Of a DNA stretch of 64,000 bases, positions 1 to 13,098 are shown in pieces. A program made the translations under genes and the position numbers. The notes under the pieces are model-generated. The model worked only from the letters and a program-made list of their open reading frames with translations, was not told the origin of the DNA and ran no database searches. The stretch's first letter is position 1, and each line of letters starts with the position of its first letter. The stretch spans positions 51,307,331-51,371,330 of the forward strand of contig NC_090380.1 of NCBI RefSeq assembly GCF_036365525.1, in the 5' to 3' direction. Source of the DNA: Heterodontus francisci (Eukaryota).

Positions 1-974
1 CTCATTTTTTAAAGTCATGGGTGGCCAATCCTAATCATATTTGTGCTCCAACATTAAGAGATTTCAGGCAGAAAATCACATTTCAGTTCCTCCCAGCCAA
101 TTTATACTGTTCTTAGAATCCACCTGATTTTCTGGGGAATATAATTCCATCAGCCATCTCTACCTGATATATGTGGTATCCCATGACTATATTCAAATCA
201 GGAATATGTGATGCCATTAAAACACTAACACTGTTTTCTGACCTTAGCACCAAGCGACTGCAACTTCCTGCTTTTGCCCAGAAACCATGGGTGGCACAAG
301 TTCTAAGGTACCCATGCCAAATATTATTTAAAGGTGTTCTTAGCTGTTTTCAAGAAGATCTGTATAAACATTTTTCCTTCATTAGTTTGCAGCTTCCTTT
401 AATAGGCAGATTATCTCCGCCGTGCAATATTTAGACAACCGGCTGGTGGAGCGTGCCATCTTATAACCCAATTGTGCTGGCAGGAAACCTGGTCCATTTT
501 GAGGGTTGAACCTCAATAACAAACTAGGTGAGCTTGATGGTGAAAAGAAAATACCCCAGGTTAGCCTGGGCGAACTCAATATCAGGCGGTCTGACTGGCC
601 TCTGACACCCGGAAGAAAGACAAATAGGAGTGTGTGTGTGGTGGTTCTTTCTTGGAGTAGGGAAGGTCCAATTTCTGCAACAGGCCAGGGTTATTTATGT
701 GGAGCTTGATAGATCATACCTGCTCCTCTGGAACCCACATAAAGAACTTACCTTTGGACTCTCCTTTGGCTGGGTCACCAGCTAACACCCTGTAGACCAT
801 GTAGAGTGCACCCTCAGTTGAGGCTGAAAATATCAATTGGGCCCTATGTACATCACAGGATCCTGATTTACATATTGCAAGGCCTATCATCTGACTCATG
901 TGGGCACTCCAGATACCTAGCACGAGACCATTCCAAAGGTAGCATCAGCAACACCATTAACGCCAACATGATAG

Positions 975-2473
975 TGTTACGTCAATGTGCTTTGTTGAAT
1001 GATCAATTTTTTTAATCCACTGACGAGGATGGTCACCTAATTTGCAACACTGTATCCTACATGTAAGGACTGTGAGGAGGGAGACAAAATAGCTGCTAAT
1101 TCCCCAGCAAGAACCAAGATCCAGGAAGTTTAAGGAAACTGTTTCTTCTTTTTCTTTTAGCAAGAAGAAGAAATATTGCTAACTTGAATCATTGAGTGAC
1201 TGTCATGTGGCAAGCCCCTCCCCATCTGTGGTTTTAAACGTGTGTCTTTCTGCAACGGAGAGACACATGCAGACCCGAGTGGGGGTCTCTCTCTTTCTCC
1301 TTTCCAGCTTGAAAGCTTTCAAATCCTGCTTGTTGACTGACCACCTTTGCATACTCCGGCCACAATCAGACACCCCATTGGAGGAAATCATCCGCATTGC
1401 TGTCTCCTAGAGACCCACCGAACCAGTCATCTACCTCTTCAAATTAAAAGCCTCAGGGCCACTGAATTCAGCTAAAAAAATTCACCAACAAGTTTTCTTT
1501 AATAAACAACAAAATTATCAGTTTATTACCAAACAAGACTTATCCAATAACAAAGCAAAGCATAAATGCACAGATTGAAATGTGAAAGTTCCCTTTTTAA
1601 ATTCCCCACACACACTGAAAAAAATACAGAAATTTTCTCTGCAGAGGTCTGTTCTAAAAAAAAAAGACAAAAAGAATACTTTGGCCAAATACTTACTAAT
1701 TCTTGGCAAAACAAGAGAAGATATGGAAGGAAGTCAATTGGCCCTTTTGGTCTGGCGTCCAGGTATATATGGAGATGAGTCATTGGGTTCTTTTCTAAAG
1801 TCGTTTTTTTTCTGGTGGCATTGAGAATCAATCTGGCAGGTTTTTCCAGCTTCTCAGGAGAGATGCAGCACCAGGGATTTTAGCTCTTCCACACTGGATC
1901 TTTGCAGGGTTTCTTCAAAGAGGCAGAGAAAAAGGTGAGCTGGGTGGTTTCCTTTTCCTTGACAGGCAGAATACCAACTGTCTTCAACACAGTTCACACT
2001 CCAACAAGAAGGTTAACCTCCTGACCTCCATAAACCTTGACATGTGGCTTCTCTGTAAAGCACATGATTTCCAGTAGAGAATGTTTACAAACAACATCTC
2101 AAGTGTCCTTTCAGCGAACTTGGTAAAAAAACACATAATATAGAAAAGGAAGCACTTTCATAACCATGGACTCTAACTCAACCAATCTATCTTTCCCCAC
2201 TCTGTAAACTATTTGTATGTGTGTAAACCTCTAGTGTGTGTGTGTGAGTGAGTGAAAGTTGGCACATCATTTATTATTTTTTATTAGTTCAGTTTAGGTA
2301 CAATGAAGTTAATCTCTTTCTTTGTTAAACTCAAGAAAGCCTGACACATTTGTTCTTGTTATGATCATAGCAAGCTAGTACATCCACTTTAAGAAAAAAT
2401 TAAACCTGTTGTGGTCAAACAAGAAGAGGGAAAAGAGGGAAGACTGTCAACCCCTCCTCAGTTGTCCCTGACA
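975..2473 (+). repeat. 5' LTR of the Gypsy element (contains a foreign LTR fragment)
   Basis: 1025-1139 aligns by hand to 8051-8165 with about 8 mismatches. 2165-2473 aligns to ~8568-8899. Confidence 0.88.
1484..2163 (-). mobile_element. LTR fragment of another family inserted in the 5' LTR
   Basis: Absent from the 3' LTR. Its start (caccaacaagttttctttaataaacaac) resembles 21407-21430 within the solo LTR at 21273. Confidence 0.55.
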
Positions 2474-2479
2474 GAAATT

Positions 2480-2500
2480 TGGTGGTTCACGTCTGGGATC
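2480..2500 (+). promoter_or_regulatory. Primer-binding site, degenerate tRNA-Pro type
   Basis: TGGTGGTTCACGTCTGGGATC lies just after the LTR end and resembles TGGGGGCTCGTCCGGGAT. Confidence 0.55.
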
Positions 2501-2605
2501 AAAGGTAAATGGGAAATTGGAACCGGAAAACCAAATTGATCCCTAGCAATAACTTAAAAACTTCAATACAGGTTTTCTTGTGGTTTTCAGTGCTAGAGTA
2601 CTAAA

Positions 2606-4330
2606 ATGTCCACATTCGACGCCAGTACCTTCCTAGAACAGAATGAATTAACTTGGGCCACATTAAAAGCCCTATCTGTTGAAGAGTTGAGGAATGTAGT
2701 TGGGCAGTTAGAGATTACCATCTGTTTTTTCTACCAAAGTGGATTACTTCACACTTATTCACATTATATTCCATTTGCCATGTACTTGCCCATTTACTTA
2801 GCTTGTCCAAATCCCCTTGAATCCACCTTGCATCCTCCTCTCAATTTACATTCCGTCCTACTTTTTGTGTCACCCCCAAATTTGGAAATATTACAATTTG
2901 TCCCCATATCCAAATCATTTATATAGATTATAAACAGCTGTGGCCCAAGCAATGATCCTTGCAGTACCCCACTCCAGTAACAGCCTGTCATCCTGAGAAT
3001 GACCCATTTCTTCCTACTCTCTGCTTTCTGTCTGTTAACTAATTCTCAATCCATTGCAGTATATTACCCCCAATCCCACATGCTCTAATTTTGTTGACTA
3101 ACCTCCTGTGTGGGACCTAATCAAAAGCCTTCTGAAAATCCAAATACATCACATCCACTGGTTCTCCTTTATCTATGCTACAAGTAACATCCTCAAAAAA
3201 CTCCAACAGGTTTGTCAAACATGATTTCCCTTTCACAAATCCATGTTGACTCTGCCCAAACATATCATTATTTTCCACGAATTCAGTTATCACATCCTTT
3301 ATAATAGATTCCAACATTTTCCCTACTACTGACATCAAACTAACAGATCTGTAGTTCTCCGTTTTCTCTCTCACTCCCTTCTTAAATAGTGGGATTACAG
3401 TTGCTACTTTCCAGTCTGCATGAACCCTTCCAGAATCTATAGAATTTTGAAAGATAACCACTAATGCATCTTTTATCTCCATAGCCACCTCCTTCAATAC
3501 TCCGGGATGTAGCTCATCTGGTCCAGGGGATTTATCAACTTTCAATCCAATTAATTTTTTGAGTATTACCTCTTTATTCATACTAATTACTTTCAATTCT
3601 TCATTTTTACAACTCCTTTGGTTCCTGAGTGTTTCTGGGAGATTTTCTGTGTCTTCCTCCTTTTGGGAGATTTTCTATGTCTTCCTATGGAAGTCCTCCT
3701 CAAGGAGTTCAAAAACTCGCTTTCGCTTTCCATAAGAAACCACGTAGAGGGACAAAATGTTCCAAGAGCCAGGCAGGCAGCAATCCTGGCTGATGATTGT
3801 ATACTTATTCACAAGCCCTTTCCCCTTCGAGCTGACTTCTGGAAGTTACGGGGAAAACCCATAGGTTTAGTCAGGGTACACAAGGCCAGTGCAGAGAAAG
3901 GGGCCAGACCAGCCTGTGGATTTAACTGCAGCAGTAAAACCCAGTAAACCTACAGCTGTGAGTGTGGGAAAACTTAACAAAATCCTTGAGAGTTACCAGG
4001 ATTTTATGTCCAGAAGAAAAGTGACCTCATACCCCTCGAGTGAGGTGAGTAAGCCCATAGATATACTTAGGGATATAGGGGCCACCTTCTGCTGGGAAAA
4101 GGCATGATGTTTCCCCCGGAGAGTGCATTGAATACTAGAGTGCTTGTAAAAGGTATCGGGGGAAGGTATATGCCCAAGCCTTTATATTGGGTACACCTGG
4201 AGTGCAACCTTGTTTTAGGACTGGTAACTATAGGGATTGTCCCTCATTTACCTGTGGATAAGGTCGACCTGTTCCTGGGTAATGATCTGGTGGGGGCGAA
4301 GTTGGTAGCTTCTCCAGTGGTTTTAGAAAG
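2606..4330 (+). pseudogene. Gypsy gag and aspartic protease remnants (interrupted by CR1)
   Basis: MSTFDASTFLEQNELTW start. ILRDIGAT (cf. LRDTGA catalytic motif). DLFLGNDL (cf. LLGNDL protease C-terminal motif). Confidence 0.7.
2722..3686 (-). mobile_element. CR1 LINE internal RT fragment
   Basis: ORF 3117..3596 has KSPGPDELHP, ENYRSVSL, QHGFVKGKSCLTNL and YLDFQKAFD. ORF 2794..2991 has QGSLLGPQLF. Confidence 0.9.
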
Positions 4331-4689
4331 AAAGAGGTCAGGGAGACAGAGCAGTCCCTGGCATTTTTCTGACTGTGTGGTTACCTGGTCCATTGCCAAA
4401 CAATCTCTATCAGAGGAGGCTGAACTATCACTGCAGACAGATGACCCTACTGTCTGGTTATCTGAAACCTTGTTTGGGAAGTTAGAGGACCCAGAGGATG
4501 GGTTAAACAGGTCTTCCTTGGTCAGACTCAGCAAGCTGACCCAGGGTTAAAAAAGTGAGCACAGATTGCCCAAACTGAAGCTGAAGCAGAGGGAGTTCCA
4601 GAGTGTTACTATTGAAAGGATGAGGTGTTGATGTGGAGATCTTCTCACAGACCTGTAAACGTAGAGTGGACAGCGGTTCATCAGGTAGT

Positions 4690-6810
4690 GGTGCTGCCGA
4701 AGTACCAGGGGAAATATTGAGAATAGCTCACGAGATTCCAATAGCTGGGTATGTCGGTATCAGAAAAACCCAAGCCCGCATCAGAAAGCATTTTCACTGG
4801 CCAGAACTCCATAAGGTTGTGGTAGATTTCTGTAAGACTTGCCACACGTGCCAGGTTGTGGGGAAACCTCAACCTGCAATAAAACCTGCACCCCTAATTC
4901 CCATACTGGTTTTTGGGGAACCATTCAGCAGAATGCTGGTAGATTATGTGGGGCTCCTGCTGAAAACAAAAGGGGCTACCAGTATCTTCTCATCATTATG
5001 GATGTGGCTACTCGATTTCCAGAGACTATCCCTCGAAGAGCTATCTCTGCCAAGGTAGTGGTGGAAGGGCTACCCAATTCTTCACCCGATATCGGCTGCC
5101 TGATGAGATCCAGGATCAGGGTACAAATTTTAAGCCCAATATTTTTCAAAAGGTCATGGGTAACTTGGGCATAGCCCAACTAAAGTCCTCAGCCTACCAC
5201 CCACAGTCACAAGGGGCTTTGGAGCAGTACCACCAGACCCTAAAGACAATGATCAGGGCATACTGCTATGAGTACCCCCATGACTGGGATAAGGGGCTGG
5301 GATTTCTTCTGTTTGCTAACAGGGACACCCAATGAGTCCACTGGCTTTAGTCCCTTTGAATTAATTTATGGACACAAGATGAGACCTTCTCTAAAACTAA
5401 TCATGGAGAGGCAGGAGGCAGAGGGTGATGGTCGAGGGTTGTTTTTGCGAGTGGAAGCCTGTGACCAGTCGTGTACCACAGGGATCGGTGCTGGGACCGT
5501 TGCAGTTTGTAGTGTACATTAATGATTTAGACGTGAATATAGGAGGTATGATCAGTAAGTTCGCAGATGACACGAAAATTGGTGGTGTCGTAAATAATGA
5601 GGAAGAAAGCCTTAGATTACAGAACGATATAGATGGGCTGGTAAAATGGGTGGAGCAGTGGCAAATGGAATTTAATCCTGAGAAGTGTGAAGTGATGCAT
5701 TTTGGGAGGACTAGCAAGGCAAGGGAATATACAATGGGAGGACCCTAGGAAGTACAGAGGGTCAGAGGGACCTTGGTGTACATGTCCATAGATCATTGAA
5801 GGCGGCAGCACAGGTAGATAAAGTGGTTAGGAAGGCATATAGGATACTTGCCTTTATTAGCTGAGGCATAGAATATAAGAGCAGGGAGGTTATGATGGAG
5901 CTGTATAAAACGCTAGTTAGGCCACAGCTGGAGCACTGTGTACAGTTCTGGTCACTGCACTATAGGAAGGATGTGATTGCACTGGAGAGGGTGCAGAGGA
6001 GATTCACCAGAATGTTGCCTGGGCTGGAACATTTCAACTATGAAGAGAGACTGAAAAGGCTCGAGTTGTTTCCCTTAGAGCAGAGAAGGCTGAGGGGGGG
6101 ACATAATTGAGGTATACAAAATTATGAGGGGCATTGATAGGTTAGATAGGAAGAAACTTTTTCCCTTAGTGGAGAAGTCAATAACCAGGGGGCATAGATT
6201 TAAAGTAAAGAACAGGAGGTTTAGAGGGGAGTTGAGGAAAAATGTTTTCACTCAGAGGGTGGTTGGAATCTGTAACGCACTGCCTGAAGAGGTGGTAGAG
6301 GCATGAACCCTCACAACATTTAATAAGTATTTAGATGAGCACTTGAAATGCCATAGCATACAAGGCTATGGGCCAAGTGCTGGAAAATGGGATTAGAATA
6401 AGTAGGTGCTTGATGGCCGGCACAGACACGAAGGACCAAAGGGCCTGTTTCTGTGCTGTATAACTCTATGACTCTATGAGTTTTTTGGGACACAGGACAA
6501 ACCTTCTCTGTTAGACTACATATCCATGTTCCAAGAATGGCTCACAAGAGCCTGTGTGGTGGCTCAGGAACACCTAAAAGCCTCCCAGACAGCTATGAAA
6601 AGGCAGATGGATAAACGTGCCAAGGTCAGAACATTTCAGCCTGGAGATCACGTGTTAGTGCAGTTACCAATACAAGGAGAACCCTTGAAAGCCTGGTTCA
6701 GTGGCCTGTACAGAGTAGTAAAGAGAATTAGCCTGGTGAATTATATAATTGATATCCCAGATCGTAGGAAAAAGCAAAGGCTGTGCCACATTAATATGTT
6801 AAAACAGTAT
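4690..6810 (+). pseudogene. Gypsy integrase (zinc finger, core, C-terminus), split by CR1
   Basis: AHEIPIAGYVG...CKTCHTCQ; YLLIIMDVATRFPE; SSAYHPQSQGALE; TGFSPFELIYGH; FQPGDHVLV...FSGLYRVV...HINMLK. Frameshifted. Confidence 0.85.
5411..6479 (+). mobile_element. 5'-truncated CR1 LINE (RT C-terminus plus 3' UTR)
   Basis: PQGSVLGP, KFADDTK, YKTLVRPQLEHCVQFWS. 3' tail ends in (CTCTATGA)n. Confidence 0.93.
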
Positions 6811-7936
6811 CACAGCCGGGAAGGAGACAAACAAGCACAAGTCAGTCAGGCAGTCAGAAAAGAGGAGGGTGAAAGGGACAGTAAGGATAAGTTAGAAGGA
6901 GGCCTGGAGGGTTCCCAAATCAAACCCCTACCATCCGATTAGCTAACACTGAAATGTTAGGGGAATTAGACACCGTACTCTCCTATTTAAATGCAGAACA
7001 GAGGAGATGTAACAAGGTTTCTCACAGTGTTTAAAGGAATCTGCAGGGACAAACCAGGGTGCACAACCCTAATACTACATGATGCGAATGTAGGAGAGAC
7101 CCTCCCATACAACAAAATCCCTATTGCCTAGGTCCCAGGAAACTGACCCAAGTTTGGGAGGAAATTCAGAATGAAAACCTGGAAATTAAAAATTTAAATT
7201 CTGAAGGGAGACACAGAAGAGCTCATCAGCCAAAGGAAAACCCTAAGCCCAACAAGGCTTTTGTGACAGATTTGGAGAGTGGTGATGGTGGTGGTGACCG
7301 CAAGTCAAGTATCCGAACTGCGGAGGAATTGTGGGCCAGGCTGTATGAGCTGGAACCACAGGAGGAGATGCAGGACAAAATTGATAGGTGGTCTCAAGCT
7401 GCAAAGAAATAAATCAAGCACTGGGTTAAAGTACAAAATGACTACGAAGCACTTCAAAGCAGGCTTAAAACTTTGCCTGACAAAGTGTCTTATGATGTTA
7501 TGGTGTCATTTGGCTCACTTGCATTTATGCCAGGATAGCTAATCCACACAAATGAAGTCATTGTTTTACTAGGTGACAGTTGGTTTGCAAAGTACTTTGC
7601 AAAACAAGCTGTCGGCCTGGTGCAGCACAGAAAAACCATGTAAAAAAAGCACTGGATGATCTTCACAAAGTTATGAACAACTTTGAATCCAGGGTTGAGT
7701 TCACTGATATAGAGAAACTGGAAAAGGAAGGTATCGTAGAAATACACAAGAAAATTTATTATATGCTGGAGCACAAGCTGATTGAGCCCAGTCAGAGCAG
7801 TTGGAGTTCCCCATTATGCTCGTGCCCAATCCTGGATGATAAAAAGATAGAGACGGATAAGTGTGTATGTATGTTTTTTAAAATTTCTGACCTCATAATG
7901 AAAAGTCGTCACATTTCATTTCACGTGGTGGGGAGC

Positions 7937-8899
7937 ATTTACACCAATGTGTTTTGTTGAATGATAATTTTCTTTAATCGACTGACTAGAGTTCTGAATT
8001 TATATATTTTTAAAAAAGACATTTTAAAAAAGATGACTTTGGTAGCAGCTGAGGATGGTCACCTAATTTGCAATGCTGTATCCTACATGCAAGGACTGTG
8101 AGGAGGCAGACAAAATGGCTGCTAATTCCCCAGCAAGAACCAAGACCCAGGAGGTTTAAGGGAACAATTTGTTCTCTTCCTCTTAGCAAGAAGAAGAAAT
8201 ACCACTATCTGCTTTGTTTGAATCACTGAGTGACAGTCATGTGACAAGCCACTCCCCATCTGTGGTTTTAAGCTTGTGTCTTTGTGCAACAGAGAGAGGG
8301 GAAGCAATTGGACTCTGACACATGCAGACCTGAGTGGGAGTCTCTCTCTGTCTCTTTCTATTCCAGATTGAAAGCTTTCAAATCCTGCCTTTGCATACTC
8401 TGGCTACAATCAGAAACCCTGTTACAGAAAATCATCCGTATTGCTGTCTCTAAGAGACCCACAGAACTAATCATCTACTTTTTCAAAGTAAAAGGCTCAG
8501 GATCACCGAATTCAGCCAGAAGCCAGCCGAATCACCAAACGCCACAAACTTTATACCCCTTTTTTCTATGGAGTCGAACTCAATAAATCTACCTTTCCCC
8601 ATTCTGTAACCTATGGCTGTACTTGTAAACCACTAGAGTGTGTGTGTGAGTGAAAGTTGGCGCATTGTTTACTATATTTTTAATAGCTTGGTTTAGGTAC
8701 AACAAAGTTAACCTCTTTCTTTGTTAAACTCAGGAAAACCTGTTCCATTGGGTCTTGTTATGATCATAGCAAATAAGCAATCAAACACCTACTGAACTGG
8801 CCAGCACATCCACTTTAAGAAAGAATTAAACCTGTTGTGGTCAAAAAAGGAGAGGGAAAAGAGGGAAGCCCTTCGACCTCTCCTCACTTGACCATAACA
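7937..8899 (+). repeat. 3' LTR of the Gypsy element
   Basis: Direct repeat of the 5' LTR, ends CATAACA, preceded by a purine tract. Confidence 0.88.
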
Positions 8900-9129
8900 A
8901 CAGTAAGTAAACCCTCACCATTTTCGGTCTGCTGTCATTCCACTTCTGCTTGGTAATCAGCCTTAAAATATTCCCCTAAAGATTTTAATCATGCTTGTAG
9001 GTGCTGAATTATTAGAATGCTTTAGGCACATTCATTGCTCCTTGCTGGATGTTCTTCTAGGAATCTTACCCTGGAATGAGAAGGCAGAACAGGAGGACTG
9101 TGTAAATAGAGCAATAGCTGCAAGGAGAG

Positions 9130-9700
9130 CAAATAGAAAGAATCACATGGGCTCAACTCCATTAATGTGCAACTGGAGTGTGATGTACAACAGCGCATCA
9201 TGCAAATTTTTGGCACGACTCCTGGCAGCTGTGTGACCTGTTTATATTGCACTTATATGATGCTTTATAGTATCCCCATACTTTTTGTTCTGTAAGTAAG
9301 TTAAAGGCATGCTGTTTGGTGACAAGGGTTAACTCTTGCACAACTGGCTTAAGATTCCTGCTCACAACCAAGGTTAGCAGCAACATTCTACTATAATCAG
9401 ATGTATGTGATATATAGAGCCCTCAATGATCAGAACATTGAAGTCTTGCAAGAATGATTCAGATGCCTGGGCAGGTCTGGTAACTTCCTACCAACCCAGA
9501 AATAGTGTTCTAAATGATTGTGGTTTGCTGTATATATTTTCTATGCAGTGGGGACAACACATGGAACTACAATCAGAGCAGGGCCTTCAGCTTGATGTAG
9601 GAGAAATCACTGATGACATAGTGGATGGTGAGAAAGAGGGAGGATTCTAACAGTTGCCTGCAGCTGGAGCTCTTCGACAGAATCTCATTAAATAAAACTT
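9130..9700 (+). pseudogene. PIF/Harbinger (HARBI1-like DDE) transposase remnant
   Basis: Hand translation with frameshifts gives NRK..NSINVQLECD..RIMQI..PGS, LFGDKG*..WL, FRCLGRSG and IVVCC. Confidence 0.7.
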
Positions 9701-9732
9701 TGTCTGAACAATCTGTGCTGCTGTACATTAAT

Positions 9733-11900
9733 GGGCTGGGATTTTATCTGCAGAGCTGAGGAGCAACCGTTGGGCCATGAAGTGAGTGGCACTTGTGCTG
9801 CTGACCCAATCCCCGATTGCACCATTATCTTGTGCCGGACGGCCAATTAACAGCCAGCAGGCTTGGTGGGGGGTGGGGGGGAGTTGGGGTGGGGCTGACC
9901 ATTCCAGGGTTGGAGGTCGTCATTGAGGCCGCAGCCGGGTCGGTGTCAGCTGATACCGAAGGATATGCTGATGCCATCTTTAAAGGGCTGCCAGCACTGG
10001 AATACAGCTGAAGACTTTCCTGACTGAAGCCTTTCCTGAAGATGCAGCCAGCAGTCCAGGCCTGCCAGTGGGAAAAGGCCACCAGCGAAGCAGGTGTTGT
10101 GAAAGCCAGAGGAACGAGGTGCTTGCTGGCATCGTAGAAGGAAGATCGCAGGTGGCTCCATGGTTTAGTGATGACTCCCTGCATGTTCTTCTCCAAGCTA
10201 CTCGAGAAATGTGGGAGGTCCTCTTCCCCAGGGACAGGAGGAAGAGACCTCCCCACCTAACCAACCAAGCCTGGATGGAGGTGGCGGAAGTGGTCAGCAG
10301 CCATAGGGTTGTCCAGGGAACCTGGCTGCAGGGCCACAAGTGCTTGAATTACCTTCTTCATTCCGCCAAGGTGAGAACCCCACACCTCAGTCCCCTTACA
10401 GGTTAACAAATGGATAAGGCTGAGGGTGCGGTTGTTGGGGAGGGAGACACCACCACGTCAGTGACAATCGGGTCAGGCTGCAGTAGCTCCTATAAGAGGA
10501 ATGAATGCAGCTCTGTCAACAGGCACTAGTCTGTCAGTGGTAACACTTGCAGGGTTGCTCTAGAGTGGCCGAATGCCAGATGCATTCAAGTGCTCCAGAA
10601 ATAAACAGCTAGGCTGCCAGCCGCTTAGACATTATGCCTGTCATTGTCAGGCAACTAACATTCTTATTCTTTGTTCCTGAAGGAGAAGAGAGCCCACAAT
10701 GACAAAGAGCCCACAGCGGTGGCTGAGTGCCATTTCTTTCTATCCTCACACCCATGGAATCGGAGGCTCTGGAACAGGCAGGGCAGCACGGCTGCCACTG
10801 CACAATGGATAGTGAGGCAGGAGTGTGGGTGTACGAGGGATGGTGTTCCTGTGTTTTCCACCGCACATATATCGATCTGAAGACCAGCCAATTCTGGAGG
10901 CTCATGTTTGAAAGGGAAAAACCCTTTTATCTTTCTGTTCACTCACACAGGTCATCTACAAGAACAGAGAGCGGCCGTCTCGGGGAGCAAGAGGGTGGCT
11001 CAGAGGGTCCAGCGTCACACCATTGCCTCGCACCCTTTATCAGCTCATGTCAGTGGGCATGCGTTCTCACTTAGATTCAGGGTCACAATCTGCTGAGAAC
11101 ATCATACATGCACCTGACCAGCTGTCAGAATCTGTGACAGCCGAGGCCACTGACACTCAAAGGAGTGCGGGAGGCCAGGCCCATGCTGAGCCTTAGGCTG
11201 ATGACGTCACTTTGGAGTCACCGGTAAGCTGGCAGATGCTGGATGTACATTGTGAGGTGTGTGAAGACCTGACAAAAATTCCAAAGGGTATGCACATCCT
11301 GGCTCAGACAGTGGAGGAGTCCATCCAGGCCATGAGTGCTACCATTTCCCTCTTGTCTGCGTGGATGGCCTCCTCCATCAAAAGATTGGCAACTCTCATG
11401 GAGAGCCAAATCCAGCAGACCAGTTAGCAGATGCAGGAGATGTGTGCAGACCTGCATAGAGCAATGGCAAGGCGAGAGGTGGTCGAGGCACCTGGACTCT
11501 CCACCATGTATTTTTCCATCTCAGGTTAGCAGGGAGATACAGGCGTGCTTTGTGAGGGAGGAGGAGCGGCCTCCTTCCACATCTGGGGGCTCCTCTCAGG
11601 AAGCTCCTGCTGTGGACAATAGCTCATCAGACCCTCTGCTAGTGACACCAGTGCCCCAGGTTGCCGTGATGACAACATGCCGGGGCCCTCCAGGCCTCAG
11701 CCAGCCAGAGAATGGCCGCCAAGGTCATCCCAAGCCATGGGGAAGCATGGTCAGCAGCCTTCCCCCACTGCAGCTGGCAGCAAAGGGGGAGCACCACAAA
11801 GGAGAACTCATAGAAGAATTAAGAAAGCCCACTAGATGCACTTGGACTTCACGGGTGCAAGGTCACCAGCTGGTACAGGAACACTCTCTGCACAGGAAAA
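9733..11900 (+). mobile_element. Harbinger element carrying a spliced Myb/SANT-like (NAIF1-type) gene remnant
   Basis: TIR-like GGGCTGGGATTTT at 9733. ORF 10068..10406 reads APWFSDDSLHVLL...AWMEVAEVVS...WLQGHK. Donor at 10371 (GTGAGA), acceptors ending at 10682 and 10950. Confidence 0.7.
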
Positions 11901-11959
11901 TTTCAACAGCATTGTGATTTTAATGGCTTACAGAAGACATGCACATTATTCGTCACCGC

Positions 11960-12302
11960 GGTATTTGAAATCCTTCCTTAGTCAGAAGGTTGTGGGTTCA
12001 AGTCCCACTCCAGGGAGCTGAGTGCAAAATCTAGACACTCCAGTGCACTACTGAAGGAGTGCAGAACTGTTGGAGATGCAGTCCGACAGATGAGATGCTA
12101 AACCGAGATCTGGTCTGAATTCTCAGGAGGATGTAAAAGGTCTCACTGAACTATTTGAAGAAGAACAGGGAGACCTCCCTGGTGTTCTGACCAACATTTA
12201 TCCCGCAACCAAAATCACTAAATGACAACAGTTTAAAGGTGCTTCATTAGCTGTAAAACACATTGAAACACCATGCAACATTAAAAGAACTATATAAATG
12301 TA
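11960..12302 (+). mobile_element. Deu-domain SINE (SacSINE1/AmnSINE1-like)
   Basis: B-box GGTTCAAGTCC. Deu core gatgagatgctaaaccgag...gatgtaaaagg...tatttgaagaagaacagggag. The (TTTC) tail resumes after the RTE at ~13110. Confidence 0.75.
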
Positions 12303-13098
12303 CCTACCTAGGCTCAACTATTACCAGCAACCTGTCTCTCGATGCAGAAATCAACAAGCACATGGGAAAGGCATCCGCTGCTATGTCCAAACTGGCCAAG
12401 AGAGTGTGGGAAAATGGCGCACTGACACGGAACACAAAAGTCCGAGTTTATCAAGCCTGTGTCCTCAGTACCTTGCTCTACGGCAGCGAGGCCTGGACAA
12501 CGTATGTCAGCCAAGAGCTACGTCTCAATTCATTCCATCTTCGCTGCCTCCGGAGAATCCTTGGCATCAGGTGGCAGGACCGTATCTCAAACGCAGAAGT
12601 CCTCGAGGCGGCCAAAATCTCCAGCATATACACCCTACTGAGCCAGCAGCGCTTGAGATGGCTTGGCCATGTGAGCCGCATGGAAGATGGCAGGATGCAT
12701 TGTACAGCGAGCTCGTCACTGGTATCAGACCCACCGGTCGCCCATGTCTCTGCTTTAAAGACGTCTGCAAACGCGACATGTAGTCCTGAGACATTGACCA
12801 CAAGTCGTGGGAGTCAGTTGCCAGTGATCGTCAGAGCTGGCAGACTGCCATAAAGGTGTGGCTAAAGAGTGGCAAGTCAAAGAGATTTAGCTGTTGCCAG
12901 GAAAAGAGACAGAAGTGCAAGGAGAGAGCCAACTATGTAACAGCCCCGACAACCAATATTATCTGCAGCGCCTGTGGAAGAGCCTGTCCCTCCAGAATTG
13001 GCCTTTATAGCCACTCCAGGCACTGCTTCACAAACCACTGACCACCTCTAGGCGCTTACCCATTGTCTCTCGAGACAAGGAGGCCAAAGAAGAAGAAG
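12303..13098 (+). mobile_element. 5'-truncated RTE-clade LINE
   Basis: YLGSTITSNLSLDAEINK...LRWLGHVSRM. C-terminal C2H2-like CSACGRAC..HSRHC. (GAA)n tail. 9-bp TSD ATAAATGTA (12294-12302 / 13099-13107). Confidence 0.92.

Larger units (their letters stand above)
975..8899 (+). mobile_element. Degenerate Gypsy (Gmr1-like) LTR retrotransposon, RT largely deleted
   Basis: Direct LTRs 975-2473 and ~7937-8899 with TGTTA...TAACA termini. 4-bp TSD ATAG/ACAG. PBS after the 5' LTR and purine tract GGTGGGGAG before the 3' LTR. Internal gag, protease, integrase and RT-start remnants. Confidence 0.88.

Noticed and set aside
3636-3686. ~23-nt tandem duplication (tgggagattttctRtgtcttcct)
   Set aside because: It lies at the 5' truncation junction of a CR1 and is explained as an integration by-product.
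8040-8060. iMet PBS-like sequence TGGTAGCAGCTGAGGATGGT inside the Gypsy 3' LTR
   Set aside because: Needs a 3-nt insertion to match, lies inside an LTR rather than after one, and its first half is missing from the 5' LTR.
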